A stretch of DNA of 31,054 bases from positions 1 to 31,054 of IMG/VR virus record IMGVR_UViG_3300045424_000096; one strand, 5' to 3'. The translations under genes and the position numbers were made by a program. This DNA comes from a virus. Its lineage: Duplodnaviria > Caudoviricetes. Shown here piece after piece: positions 16,359-26,800 of the stretch. How positions within the stretch are numbered: the stretch's first letter is position 1; each line of letters starts with the position of its first letter. The notes beneath the pieces were generated by a model, which saw only the letters and a list, made by a program, of their open reading frames with translations, searched no databases and was not told where the DNA came from.

Positions 16359-19300
16359 CTAAGTTTTTATAATGAAATTTAAGCCTATTGATGGCTGCAT
16401 ATTGTTATGTGCAGAACCAGATCCCGAGTTTCCAATACTTACATTAGCTGTTCCACTATTTACAGTAATGGAGTGCTGATGAACTTGAAATTCATTGCCA
16501 GTATTAGGTGTTTGTAATACAATGTTTGAACCACCACCAGTAAAGGTATAAGGGTTAGAACCACTGTTAGTCCATACTGCTCTATCTAAAGAGTGTTGGT
16601 GATTTTGCAGTTGATTTCCTGCTGAGGCAGTATGAATATGACCAGAATCTGTTGCTGTATGATTATGGGATGCCAATTCTGCGGTAGATAATGCAACTGT
16701 TTCTGCACCAACTGTACCCCCAAGTGTGCGGTTTGTTAGCCCAGAACCTTGACCCACATTAATAGGAATTCTTGACCTTAAATCAGGAACATTGAATGTA
16801 GTTGAACCATTTCCTAAACCATATGGGCAATGAAATAGCGTGTGCGTTCCAGATTGTGTTCCTGAGGTATTAATTGCTATAGATGCTGCTGCGTTTGCTG
16901 CTGATGTTGCAAGTCTAAAAGTAGAAGATGTAACATTAATAACATAATACAAAGTATTTGCTGCTAACCCAGTTGGCAAAGCTCCGGTAGTTGTAAGGTA
17001 AACTATATCACCTGTTTGAAATCCGTGTGCTGACAATGTTACTACTGCTGGAGATGCGATTGTTACTGTAATTGATCCTCTACTTGGTATTATTGTAGAA
17101 AACAAAGTTGCATATGTAGATCTAGATATAGCAGATCCATCACATAACAAATACCCTGTTGGTGGAGAAATTGCTGCAAAAGGAATGATTGCCCCAGTAG
17201 GCATACCTGTTGCTACGCTTGCCCAACTTGGGGCAGAAGATCCATTTGATTGTAATACTTGCCCCGCTGTTCCAGCAGCAAGAAAGCTTGTTGCACCAGA
17301 TCCAGTATTATAAGGAACTTGACCAGCACCACCACCAGCAATATTGGTTGCAGTTGTTGCAGATGTAGCAGATGTAGCAGAAGTTGCAGTTGTTGCAGAT
17401 GTTGCTGTTGATGCGTTTCCAGATAATGTTGCAGTAATTGTACCAGCAGAAAAATTTCCAGAAGCATCTCGTTGTACAACAAAAGAAGCAGTATTTGCAC
17501 TTGAAGCATTAATACCAATCGTACCAGTTCCGGTTATTGTTCCACCTGTAATTGGTGAAGTTGTTGCAATTGAAGTTACAGTTCCGGTTGTGGAAGAAGT
17601 ACCCGCACCTATTGCACCTCTAAAGGTTGCAGCATCTAAAGAAGAAACTGTATTATCTGCATTAAACCTAGGGAATGTTATTGCGGTTGGATTAGTAAGC
17701 GTAAACAAGTTACTACCAACAGTAGTTGCACCTAATGAGGTTCTACCAGTTGATGCAATTAAGTTGGTTGAACCACCGTTCCATTGTTGCGTTTGTGTAT
17801 AAGCTGTATCCCAATTTGTTTGTTTTGCTGTTGTGGGTATTGCATATCCAGAAGTTGCAGAAAATACACCTGTTGTATTTGTATAGGTCAAACCAGTTGC
17901 AGTAGAACTTAAATCAGTTAATTTAATGCCACCTAAACCAGCAAGAGTATAGGTTGGAACATTTAAAACACCTGATGATAATGTGCTTGAACCGCTGTTT
18001 CCTGTTACAGTTAAAGATGTAAATGTTGCTACTGATGGTGTAGGAATATTTAAAACATTAGATACTAGAGTTGCTGCACCACTTCCAGTAGTAGTTAAAC
18101 TTGTGATTCTATTTGTGTAAGCGGTATCCCAAGTGGTTTGAGAAGATGTTGTTGGGATTGAATAACCAGTATCAAGGGTTACTGCCAATGTTCCAGTTGT
18201 TGTAATTGGATTGCCACTTACTAACAAACCAGTAGGAACAGACATATCAACAGATGTAACTGTTCCAGAACCACCAGTACCTGTGTAAGAAATGGTAAAA
18301 TTAGGATATGTTCCAGTAACCGAAATATCAGTTCCATCAGTCAAAGAAACTGTTTGATCAGGCAACGAATTAGTGATTGTAAAACTTGGATATGTACCAG
18401 TAACGGTAATGCCAGTTCCATCTGTTAATGAAACAGTTTGGTCAGGAGCATTATTAGTAATGGTAAAACTAGGGTATGTACCTGTTACAGAAATTGCTGT
18501 TCCATCAGTTAAAGAAACTGTTTGATCAGGTAAAGAGTTGGTTATTGTGAAACTAGGATATGTTCCAGTTACAGAAATTCCAGTTCCGTTTGCTAAAGAA
18601 ACTGTTTGATCAGGATTACTATTTGTAATAATGCCTGTTGCATTGTCATAAGAAATTCCAGTTCCAGCAGATAATGACTTTCTTGCATTAGTGTCTGTGT
18701 ATTGTGTAATTGTTGTTGCAATAGTAAAACTAGGATAACTTCCAGTTACCGATATTCCTGTTCCGTTTGTCAATGAAACAGTTTGGTCAGGAGAAGAATT
18801 GGTGACAGTAACCGCACCTGTTGAAACATCTACTGATACACCTGTTCCAGCAATAATAGATGTAACGCCAGCACCAACCCATTGAATAGCAGTTCCTGTT
18901 GAAGAAAGAATCTGACCAGAAGTACCTAAAGAATTTGAAGCATCTTTAATCCCTGCCCCAGGTTTAATATTCATGCTAGAATCGCCAGTAAGCCAGCGAA
19001 CATAAGCATCTGGGCCTATGGCTAACTGTTTGTCCGCAGTAGGATCGGCAACATTGCAATCAAATCCTATGGCAACATTATAACTTCCAGATGTCATATC
19101 ACCAGAAGCACCACCTATAGCGACATTGGCTATTCCTGTGGTAAGAGTTCCATTAGCACCAAAACCAAGAGAAACATTGTATCCAGAAACATTATCTGTA
19201 GTCAGTCCGTAGACAATACCTGCGGTATCAGCATCAGCGTTTGTAGGAATTGAACCATCAAAATCAACAGTGAAATCTGGATAAGTTCCTGTTACAGAAA

Positions 19301-21062
19301 TATCTGTTCCACCAGTCAAAGAAACCGTTTGGTCTGGTGCATCATTAGTAATTATCCCTGTTGTATTATCGTAAGAAATTCCAGTTCCAGCAGACAAAGA
19401 TAGCCTTGCATCAGAATCTGTATATTGGGTAATAGTCGTTGCGATAGTAAAATTAGGATAAGTACCAGTTACTGAAACACCAGTTCCATCAGTTAATGAA
19501 ACTGTTTGATCGGGTTCTGAATTTGTAATAATTCCTGTTGTATTATCGTAGCTTATGCCAGTTCCAGCGGATAATGCTAATCTTGCATCTGAATCCGTGT
19601 ACTGAGTTATTGTTGAATCAATTGTAAAGTCAGGATAAGTTCCAGTAGCATTAATGCCAGTTCCAGAGGTGATCGAAACAATTTGATCAGGAGCATCATT
19701 GGTAATAGTAAAGTCTGGATATGTACCTGTTACAGAAATCGCTGTACCATTTGTCAATGTAACTGTTTGATCTGGCAAAGAATTAGTAACAGTAACATCG
19801 CCTGTTGTAACATCTACGCTAATTCCAGTCCCAGCTATGACCGAAGTTACACCACCAGCAACCCCAGAATAACCAATGGTAAAATCTGGATATGTTCCAG
19901 TAATGGTTATATCTGTACCTTCAGTTAAGGTAACAGTTTGATCAGGTAAAGAGTTAGTAATAGTAAAATCAGGATATGTGCCTGTTACAGAAATTGCTGT
20001 TCCGTCAGTCAATGTAACAATTTGGTCTGGTGCATCATTAGTAATAGTAAAATCAGGATAAGTACCTGTTGCAGAAATTGCTGTTCCATTTGTCAATGTA
20101 ACAACTTGGTCAGGTTCAGAATTTGTAACAGTAACATTACCTGTTGCAACATCTACGCTAATTCCAGTCCCAGCAATAATAGATGTAACACCAGAAGCAG
20201 TTGGATTGCCATCAAAAACTAAATGAACAATGCCGTTTGAATCTCTTACATAACCTTTTTTATCTGTAACATTTATTGCAAATTCATTAGTTTCCATATC
20301 ACCAGAAGTTGGAACTGATGAGGGTATATATGATCTTTTTGGTTTAACTGGAATTGGGGGATTAGGATTGCCTGGGTCTTGAACAAATGTAATTGTATTT
20401 GATGAAGCAGGGGTTAATCCAGCAGCAGTAAAAGATAAATAATAAGAACCATAACCTGTGATAATTAAATCCGTGAAAACAACATTTCCAGATACTGGTT
20501 CTACAGTTAAAGTTCCTGATGCAACCGCTGTACCAGTAACAGCTACCGCTCCTACTGTAACTGAAATCAATGTTCCAGGTACTATATCACCGTTTACATC
20601 TACTATTTTTACAGACGGTTGAGTTGCCAAAACGCTTCCAGAAAGACTACTTACTGGCTGAGTAACCATTACGATGGCAACTTCTGGAAGCGGTTCCGGT
20701 GGATCTGGTACAAAATAAACAGAACCTGTTACATTGTCATCTCCAAATGCACCAGCACCATCCTTGATGTAATTTACTTTTACTTGATCATTTGCTAAAA
20801 CTCTAAATGATGTAGAAAAATTGTCTTGTCCAGATGCTTGCCAAATTGGAATTGTGTTTCTAAATAATCCAGCAACATCAGAAGCAATTTCGGAATCAAC
20901 TGTAAGATTAGGAAAAATAGTTCCTGATTCAGTCGTTTGAAATATTATTTCGCCAGTTGTATTTACGGAGTGATTTGTAGATTCAATAACATACGGATTA
21001 CCAGATTCTCCTGTTCCAGAATAAGTCATATTCAATGGAGTGCCAAAAACATTTAAAGCCAT
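16359..21062 (-). CDS. long tail fibre with tandem repeats and C-terminal tail-collar/receptor-binding tip
   Basis: Thr/Gly/Ser-rich repeats; collar motif PTGAIIPFA...GYLLCDG...TFNVPDLR; His-x-His motifs (HNH, HIH, HQH) and HNNMQP...NFIIKT end. Start at 21062 (TAATG overlap, GGAGGT 8 nt upstream). Confidence 0.9.
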   Translation of the reverse strand: MALNVFGTPLNMTYSGTGESGNPYVIESTNHSVNTTGEIIFQTTESGTIFPNLTVDSEIASDVAGLFRNTIPIWQASGQDNFSTSFRVLANDQVKVNYIKDGAGAFGDDNVTGSVYFVPDPPEPLPEVAIVMVTQPVSSLSGSVLATQPSVKIVDVNGDIVPGTLISVTVGAVAVTGTAVASGTLTVEPVSGNVVFTDLIITGYGSYYLSFTAAGLTPASSNTITFVQDPGNPNPPIPVKPKRSYIPSSVPTSGDMETNEFAINVTDKKGYVRDSNGIVHLVFDGNPTASGVTSIIAGTGISVDVATGNVTVTNSEPDQVVTLTNGTAISATGTYPDFTITNDAPDQIVTLTDGTAISVTGTYPDFTITNSLPDQTVTLTEGTDITITGTYPDFTIGYSGVAGGVTSVIAGTGISVDVTTGDVTVTNSLPDQTVTLTNGTAISVTGTYPDFTITNDAPDQIVSITSGTGINATGTYPDFTIDSTITQYTDSDARLALSAGTGISYDNTTGIITNSEPDQTVSLTDGTGVSVTGTYPNFTIATTITQYTDSDARLSLSAGTGISYDNTTGIITNDAPDQTVSLTGGTDISVTGTYPDFTVDFDGSIPTNADADTAGIVYGLTTDNVSGYNVSLGFGANGTLTTGIANVAIGGASGDMTSGSYNVAIGFDCNVADPTADKQLAIGPDAYVRWLTGDSSMNIKPGAGIKDASNSLGTSGQILSSTGTAIQWVGAGVTSIIAGTGVSVDVSTGAVTVTNSSPDQTVSLTNGTGISVTGSYPSFTIATTITQYTDTNARKSLSAGTGISYDNATGIITNSNPDQTVSLANGTGISVTGTYPSFTITNSLPDQTVSLTDGTAISVTGTYPSFTITNNAPDQTVSLTDGTGITVTGTYPSFTITNSLPDQTVSLTDGTDISVTGTYPNFTISYTGTGGSGTVTSVDMSVPTGLLVSGNPITTTGTLAVTLDTGYSIPTTSSQTTWDTAYTNRITSLTTTGSGAATLVSNVLNIPTPSVATFTSLTVTGNSGSSTLSSGVLNVPTYTLAGLGGIKLTDLSSTATGLTYTNTTGVFSATSGYAIPTTAKQTNWDTAYTQTQQWNGGSTNLIASTGRTSLGATTVGSNLFTLTNPTAITFPRFNADNTVSSLDAATFRGAIGAGTSSTTGTVTSIATTSPITGGTITGTGTIGINASSANTASFVVQRDASGNFSAGTITATLSGNASTATSATTATSATSATSATTATNIAGGGAGQVPYNTGSGATSFLAAGTAGQVLQSNGSSAPSWASVATGMPTGAIIPFAAISPPTGYLLCDGSAISRSTYATLFSTIIPSRGSITVTIASPAVVTLSAHGFQTGDIVYLTTTGALPTGLAANTLYYVINVTSSTFRLATSAANAAASIAINTSGTQSGTHTLFHCPYGLGNGSTTFNVPDLRSRIPINVGQGSGLTNRTLGGTVGAETVALSTAELASHNHTATDSGHIHTASAGNQLQNHQHSLDRAVWTNSGSNPYTFTGGGSNIVLQTPNTGNEFQVHQHSITVNSGTANVSIGNSGSGSAHNNMQPSIGLNFIIKT
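17345..17412 (-). repeat. degenerate 9-bp coding repeat (AT[S/T])n in the tail fibre
   Basis: Encodes STATSATTATSATSATSATTAT; GCAGATGTA-like units on the + strand. Confidence 0.7.
18284..20192 (-). repeat. coding repeat array in the tail fibre: 12 x ~28-aa PDQTVSLTxGTxISVTGTYPxFTI units plus two other repeat types
   Basis: Counted 12 PDQ units (7+5), 3 GVTS(I/V)IAGTG(I/V)SVDV units and 3 TITQYTDxxAR...GISYDNxTGIITN units. Boundaries approximate. Confidence 0.85.
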
Positions 21063-22222
21063 TACCATGTACCTCCATCAGAATATACCCAAGCTTGTAC
21101 ATTTTGATTATTGTATGTTAACAACTGACTTGTTAATCCACCCGCTGGAAGAGGGCTTATTTCAGATGTAGTTACATCTGTTATCTGCCCAAATGAATTA
21201 ACTGAAAAAACAGGTATATTAAAAGAGTTGCCATATGTTCCAGATATTACTCCGCTTAAATTCAAATTTACTGCTAAAAACCCGCTTGATGTAATTGGAG
21301 TTGATGTAACAGATAATGTAGAAGATGTTAATCCAACAGAAGTTACTGTACCAATGCCACTTCCTGGTTCGCCAACTGGCAAACTTGTTGCCGAAGTTAT
21401 TCTACCGTCAAGTCCAACAGTTATCTGGGGGATAGAAGAGTTGCTTCCATATACACCAGTCACAACTCCAGTTGGAGCAGTTTCTAAAGTTATATTTCCA
21501 TCAACCGTTCTTGGTGAATTTGTCACGGTTAAACTTGATGAAAGAATACCAATAGAAGTCAAGCCTTGTGTTGGAAGCGAAATAGATGCGTTTGTAGCGT
21601 TAGTTAACTGCCCTTTTGAATTTACTGTAATAACAGGAATCTGTGTTCCAGAACCATATGTTCCAGAAGAAACACCAGTAGTTGCAAGATCAGCAACTAT
21701 AGTTCCTGACGAGGTTATAGGAGAACCGGAAATTGTAAAATCTGTTGAGGTCATTGCAACTGAATTTACAGAACCAACCGAACCACCCGTTACAACCACA
21801 AGCGGTGAAGCAGCAGTTCCATTTCCAGTAAGCGTATTGTTATGCGTTACAGCGGTTAAATATGTTGAAGAAAGATTTGGGATGTCCGCTGCATTGATCC
21901 CTCTAAAAGAAGGCAATGCTGTTCCAGTCAATGGCCCAGCAAGAAATGTATTAGCACCAGTAGTTATAAAATTTAAATCAAATGTTCCATTAGCAGTAAT
22001 AGGACTTCCTGTTACCGTAAACACATTAGACTGTGCAGTCATGCTTATTGATAAAGATGATGGAGTAAAACTAACATACCTAAGAACTGCTATATTGCTA
22101 TCATCTAAAACCGTAACAGTAGATACTGGATCAGATAGAGTTGGAGTTACTTGTGGAGAAGCAATGGTTACTCCAACAGGATCTTCCAATACAGTCACTC
22201 TTGCAAAAATATCTGTTGCCAT
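21062..22222 (-). CDS. short tail fibre-like protein
   Basis: Three (T/S)GVxxG(T/V)YG...IPxx(T/S)Vxx(K/D/F)G(Q/R)(L/I)T repeats and GSPITxSG motifs; ends DGGTW; RBS AAGGAG. Confidence 0.75.
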   Translation of the reverse strand: MATDIFARVTVLEDPVGVTIASPQVTPTLSDPVSTVTVLDDSNIAVLRYVSFTPSSLSISMTAQSNVFTVTGSPITANGTFDLNFITTGANTFLAGPLTGTALPSFRGINAADIPNLSSTYLTAVTHNNTLTGNGTAASPLVVVTGGSVGSVNSVAMTSTDFTISGSPITSSGTIVADLATTGVSSGTYGSGTQIPVITVNSKGQLTNATNASISLPTQGLTSIGILSSSLTVTNSPRTVDGNITLETAPTGVVTGVYGSNSSIPQITVGLDGRITSATSLPVGEPGSGIGTVTSVGLTSSTLSVTSTPITSSGFLAVNLNLSGVISGTYGNSFNIPVFSVNSFGQITDVTTSEISPLPAGGLTSQLLTYNNQNVQAWVYSDGGTW

Positions 22223-22230
22223 GATGCTCC

Positions 22231-22581
22231 TTACGGTACTGGTCTAGTGACTTCGGGAGAAACCGTAAAGCTTCCTTGAACAAGCCTGATAACTTCAGCA
22301 CCAGTCTGGATTTCAAGGTCATATTTATAAGCACCAGTTGGCAATGCTTCTGTATCATCTGCTGTAATATCAAGCGTAATGGTATTATCTAAAAGAGTTA
22401 TTCTGCTGTTTTCTGTGGTTAATTCAATAATAATTGTCTCAGAAACAACGGTTGGGCGAACTTGCATTCTTGCAGTTGATGAGTTGTAATCGGGTTCGGT
22501 ATTATCAGCGTTTACAACGGATATATTCCGCTGAAAAGTTGCACCTTGTTCGCAGATTATGTTATATGTTCCCGCTAACAT
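22231..22581 (-). CDS. baseplate/fibre adaptor beta-sandwich protein (LtfC/p132/BppU-N-like)
   Basis: AGTYNIICEQGATF...TARMQVR...YKYDLEI...RLVQGSFTVSPEVTR pattern; RBS AAGGAG. Confidence 0.7.
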   Translation of the reverse strand: MLAGTYNIICEQGATFQRNISVVNADNTEPDYNSSTARMQVRPTVVSETIIIELTTENSRITLLDNTITLDITADDTEALPTGAYKYDLEIQTGAEVIRLVQGSFTVSPEVTRPVP

Positions 22582-22590
22582 GAATACTCC

Positions 22591-23865
22591 TTATTCTTGC
22601 GATTCAAGTGCCATTCTATACGGTTTTGCATTAAACATCAATTCAAAAGGATAACTTCCATATATTGGCCTTTTCTTTCTTGCTGGTGAAGGTGCTGGAA
22701 CTTCAACATCTTGAGAAACAACAGGGTAATATTGCTTGTTAACTTGAGTTTGGGCTAAATTGTGGCCAGCATTGACATAACTCAAATTGTCTGGATTAAT
22801 TATACCCTTGGGGCTTGATGGGTAAATGGTTCCTGTTTTTGAATAAGAATAGATCGGAATGTAAAGAAAACTAAAAGTAATATCTGTGTACAAGATATCG
22901 TTGATTCTAGGAAGATCAGCAACTTGGTCTAAACTGTAGGCAAAGACATCAAACTGATTCTTCATTTTTTGGGTGTTTGTGAAGCCAGTAAAAAGAAGCT
23001 CGCCAGGCCCATAACCAAAAAACCAATTCTGATTAACTCTTCCAAGTGCTTGAAATATGTTTGTAGATGCATCTTCACTCGGATCAATAAAAGAATATGG
23101 AACTATATTCCAAGTCATCTTTAAAACAACTTTTGGAATAAGTGTTTTTCCATAAAATCCAGCAATAGACTGGGAATCAATCTGATCAACATCAGATACA
23201 AATTTGAATGAACCACCCTTCATGGTTAAAAATTCAGCGGAAGTTTCTGTTGTGTATGTGATATACCTTGCATATTCACGATAAGGATCTCCAGAAACAG
23301 CTTTTTGTTCCCCTTTGTCGTTGTAATATATTGCATATGCACCAGATATTGTATAAGCATTTGCATAAGCAGCGTTGAGCCTGTCCATTGTTGCATCATC
23401 AGTAGTAAGATAAGGTCTTGATGAGAACTCAACTGTAACTTCATATTTGTCGTATATCAAATAATATGGCTGAATTGTTTGCCATGAAGTTCCACCAGCA
23501 GTATTCCATCTTAAAAGTGGTGATGATGGATCGTCACCAGATTCTCTTGCAAAACCTAAACCCTTTATGCTAGTTATTCTTTCGGCATACATCCATCTAA
23601 ACTGAGGATGTACCATTGGAGATTTTCTTTTTAACGCACCATTTGTAGCGTTAACGCTCACATTTCCCAACACATCTTGGCAAAAAAGAACCATTGGATT
23701 CCTTTGATCTTTTCCATCTTTTGGCCCATCAACAATATAAACCATTGTTGCCCTAGAATCACCTTCTAAGGATATAGATGTAGACCCAGGGGCAGAACCT
23801 TGAATTCTTTCTGCTAATTTTCCCTGATCCCAAAGAGTTTCATTTCCTACTGGTATAATTGGCAT
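22591..23865 (-). CDS. tail tip/distal tail-like structural protein
   Basis: 424 aa immediately downstream of the tape measure gene; RBS AAGGG; function inferred from position only. Confidence 0.55.
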   Translation of the reverse strand: MPIIPVGNETLWDQGKLAERIQGSAPGSTSISLEGDSRATMVYIVDGPKDGKDQRNPMVLFCQDVLGNVSVNATNGALKRKSPMVHPQFRWMYAERITSIKGLGFARESGDDPSSPLLRWNTAGGTSWQTIQPYYLIYDKYEVTVEFSSRPYLTTDDATMDRLNAAYANAYTISGAYAIYYNDKGEQKAVSGDPYREYARYITYTTETSAEFLTMKGGSFKFVSDVDQIDSQSIAGFYGKTLIPKVVLKMTWNIVPYSFIDPSEDASTNIFQALGRVNQNWFFGYGPGELLFTGFTNTQKMKNQFDVFAYSLDQVADLPRINDILYTDITFSFLYIPIYSYSKTGTIYPSSPKGIINPDNLSYVNAGHNLAQTQVNKQYYPVVSQDVEVPAPSPARKKRPIYGSYPFELMFNAKPYRMALESQE

Positions 23866-23879
23866 GATTTCCCTTAATA

Positions 23880-26800
23880 TTATACTGGTGCTGAAGTTGG
23901 TTTACTATGACCCGCCCTAGAAAAAGGATCTTTACCTTGAATTCCAGCGTTACCTTTATCAGCACCATTTGCTGCTATCATTCCATCTTTAAACGCATCT
24001 CTTAAGTTGTCCTTGCTTAACTTGTCAGAGATGTCTTTCAACGATTCTTCTTGGGTTTTAGCACCTGTTGCTGCCATCAATGCTTGCTTTCTAACCTCAT
24101 CGCCAACACCAGATATAGAGGTCGATTGTGTTTCTCTTACAGCAGCACCAACTGAAGAACCTTTTTTAATCCCAACTCCTGTTACATCACCAGATTTGTA
24201 CCTAGTGTTATCCTTCATTTTGTAATCAGGATCACTAAACTTTCCAACTATGTTTTCAAAACCTTCACCCATTTTTGCAAGACCCCTGTCTCTTTGCTCT
24301 TCACCCTTTTTTTGAAGATCAGAACCACTTGCTTGGACTGATTTTCCTGAATCGCCAACTGCTGTTCCAGCAGCAGAAAGTGCAGAACCAATTGTTTTCA
24401 TGCCAGGAATATAAGAAAGAAGATCGCCAATACCTTTTACCATGCTTCCAAAACCGCTAATCAACAACCCTGCTAACTGAAGTATTACTCCCATACCAGA
24501 CATAAACAAACCTAATACTGTTACTATTGATCCAACAAGCATTTTTACAACTTGCCCTAGTATCTCAAATCCATCTTTCATAGCTTTTGTTATTGGAATT
24601 CCTCCCAAAAAACTTTGCACAAGCTGAGTAAATGATTCTACAATTTCTGCAAGAATTTGAATCACAGGGTCAAGCATAATTGCAAAACCTTCAACAGCAA
24701 CAGCAACTATTTCAAATGCTGGAGCAAGAAACTGTGCAACTACCGCTTCCAACTCAATCAATGGCATAGCCAATGTTGCAAAAGCATTAGCGATTGGAGT
24801 TATTGCTGGCATCAACATTTTCATTACAAAATCAACGCCATCGCCCAAAAATCGAAGAACAGGTATAAGCCTTTGAACTACTGGAACTAAAGCTCTTCCT
24901 ATAACCCCCTGCAAGTCATTCATTGCAAGGTTTACTTGCTCCATAATTGCTGGATTGTTTTTTGCAACAAAACTTCCAAACATACCTATGGCATCAGATG
25001 CTGCCTTAACGCTTCCAGTAAGCACAGAAAACGCTTGACCAACAGGCCCAAGAGCTAACGAAGCTAAACCCCCAACAATTCCTTTACCACCACCCCCTGG
25101 AGTTCCACCAGCAAAATATCCAACCTTGCCTCCAGAAGACTTGTTCATGGCATCAATTGCTGCTTTGTTCTCAGGCTTTTCAGCAGCAGATTTTTTTACT
25201 ACTTCTTCCCCTGGAGTAAGCATAGCTGGAACAGTATCGGTTCCTTTTGGTTTAAAAGGAGTGTCTTCATCATCTATTTCCCCACCATCCGCACGATAAT
25301 TTTTGTATTTGTTTTCGTAGTTTGTATCTGTATCCCAATTATTTTCGTCATTATTAAGAAGTGATTTTTTCTTCTTTTTCTTTTTCTTTCCGCCAAACAT
25401 ATTGCCGAATACACTTCCTATACCTTCAAATATTCCACCCATACCACTCTTTGGCTTTGTGCCTTCAGCAAAGTATTTGGTTGGTTTTTGGTCTGGAAAA
25501 TCATCTCCATTTATCCCGCCTGGAAATCCTTCATCAGGCTTTGAAGAAGGATCATTGCCATCGCTGCTTCCAGATGATTCACCACCACTAAACATTGATC
25601 CAATGCTGCTAAAAATACTGTCGAAAATACCAGCAAGACCTTTTGACCCAGCAAAGTTAACTCCTTTTTTGGATTGTGTTAACTTGGTAACAACCAACCC
25701 CAGTTGTTTAATTTTGTTGTATGCCTCTTCTTCGGTAGCAGCATCAACCGTATCTTTGGTTTCGTTTCCTTCAGCATCCATTGCTTCATAATCAAAAGTA
25801 GGAATAGTTATTCCACCTTTAGGTTTACCTTTAGGTTCTCCTTTAGGTTCTCCTTTAGGTTCTCCTTTAGAACCACCGCCAACAGGAGAAGCACCAAATA
25901 TTGATTTTACAAAATCTAATATTGGACTTTTGCCAGAGAAAGATTGATTAATTCCAGATATGGTTGTAGCAATAACATTCTGTACGGATTTTCCCATTTT
26001 TCCAAACATTGCTTCAAACAAAATCCCAAAATTGTCAACACCTTTTTTAATAGATGCATCTTCCTGTTTTAACTGATATTCTCTTGCACCTTTTTGAGTT
26101 GGGCCTACAAGCGGTACTTGCTCTTCAACTTTTTTTGATTCTTCTTTTTTTGCTTCTTCTTTAATGTCATAAGAATCTCCACCAGAATACTCTACAGCTT
26201 TTACAACAGATGCCATTTCCTCAGATGTCTGTTCAAGTATTCTTATTATCGGGTCAGCAAAATCTGTACCTGGGTCAAACTCTTTAGTTTGTTTTGGCCT
26301 AGATTCATCTGCTATTGAAAAAACATCTTTCCATTTGCTTGCACTTTCAGCAGCGTTGGCAAAAACATTATTCCATGCTGCTGAAGCATTCATAATATCG
26401 CCAATGAACTGGGGTGCTATATCTACACCCTTACCGGCCTCTTTTTTTACCGAACTTCCAGACAACGCACCCATGTCCATTTCAAATGGCTTTTCTTTTT
26501 TACCCTTCTTCCCACTCTTTGTCATTGCTGAAACCTGTTCTTTTGTTACAGCAAATACATCACCAAAACCCTTTCCTACATTTTCAAAAACCTCTTCTAT
26601 AGATTGCTGTTGAGTATCAGCATCAGTTTTCTTTCTTCTAGTGGTTTTTCCTTCATTTACACTTTCAATTTGCAATTGAAGTTTTTTTGCATTAAAGATT
26701 GCTCTTTCTTGTGCAGTCTTAAGGTTAAGTGCTTTAACCTCTGCTTTTATTCTTTTATCTTCTTCTTTTTGTCTTGCAACTGCTGGATCTTGTGACGAAG

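Noticed and set aside
18284-20192. Regularly spaced DNA repeats resembling a CRISPR array
   Set aside because: Repeats are degenerate at third codon positions, in frame within the fibre gene, and have no unique spacers; no cas genes are present.
16359-21062. Possible diversity-generating retroelement target (Mtd-N-like motif in the fibre)
   Set aside because: No reverse transcriptase and no template/variable repeat pair with adenine-specific mismatches is visible in the window; the C-terminus is a collar/needle type.
21228-22247. 339-aa + strand ORF (also 17344-17802, 25402-25791, 27917-28240, 29862-30317 and other antisense ORFs)
   Set aside because: Antisense shadows of Thr/Gly/Ser-rich structural genes, with no recognisable domain or convincing RBS.
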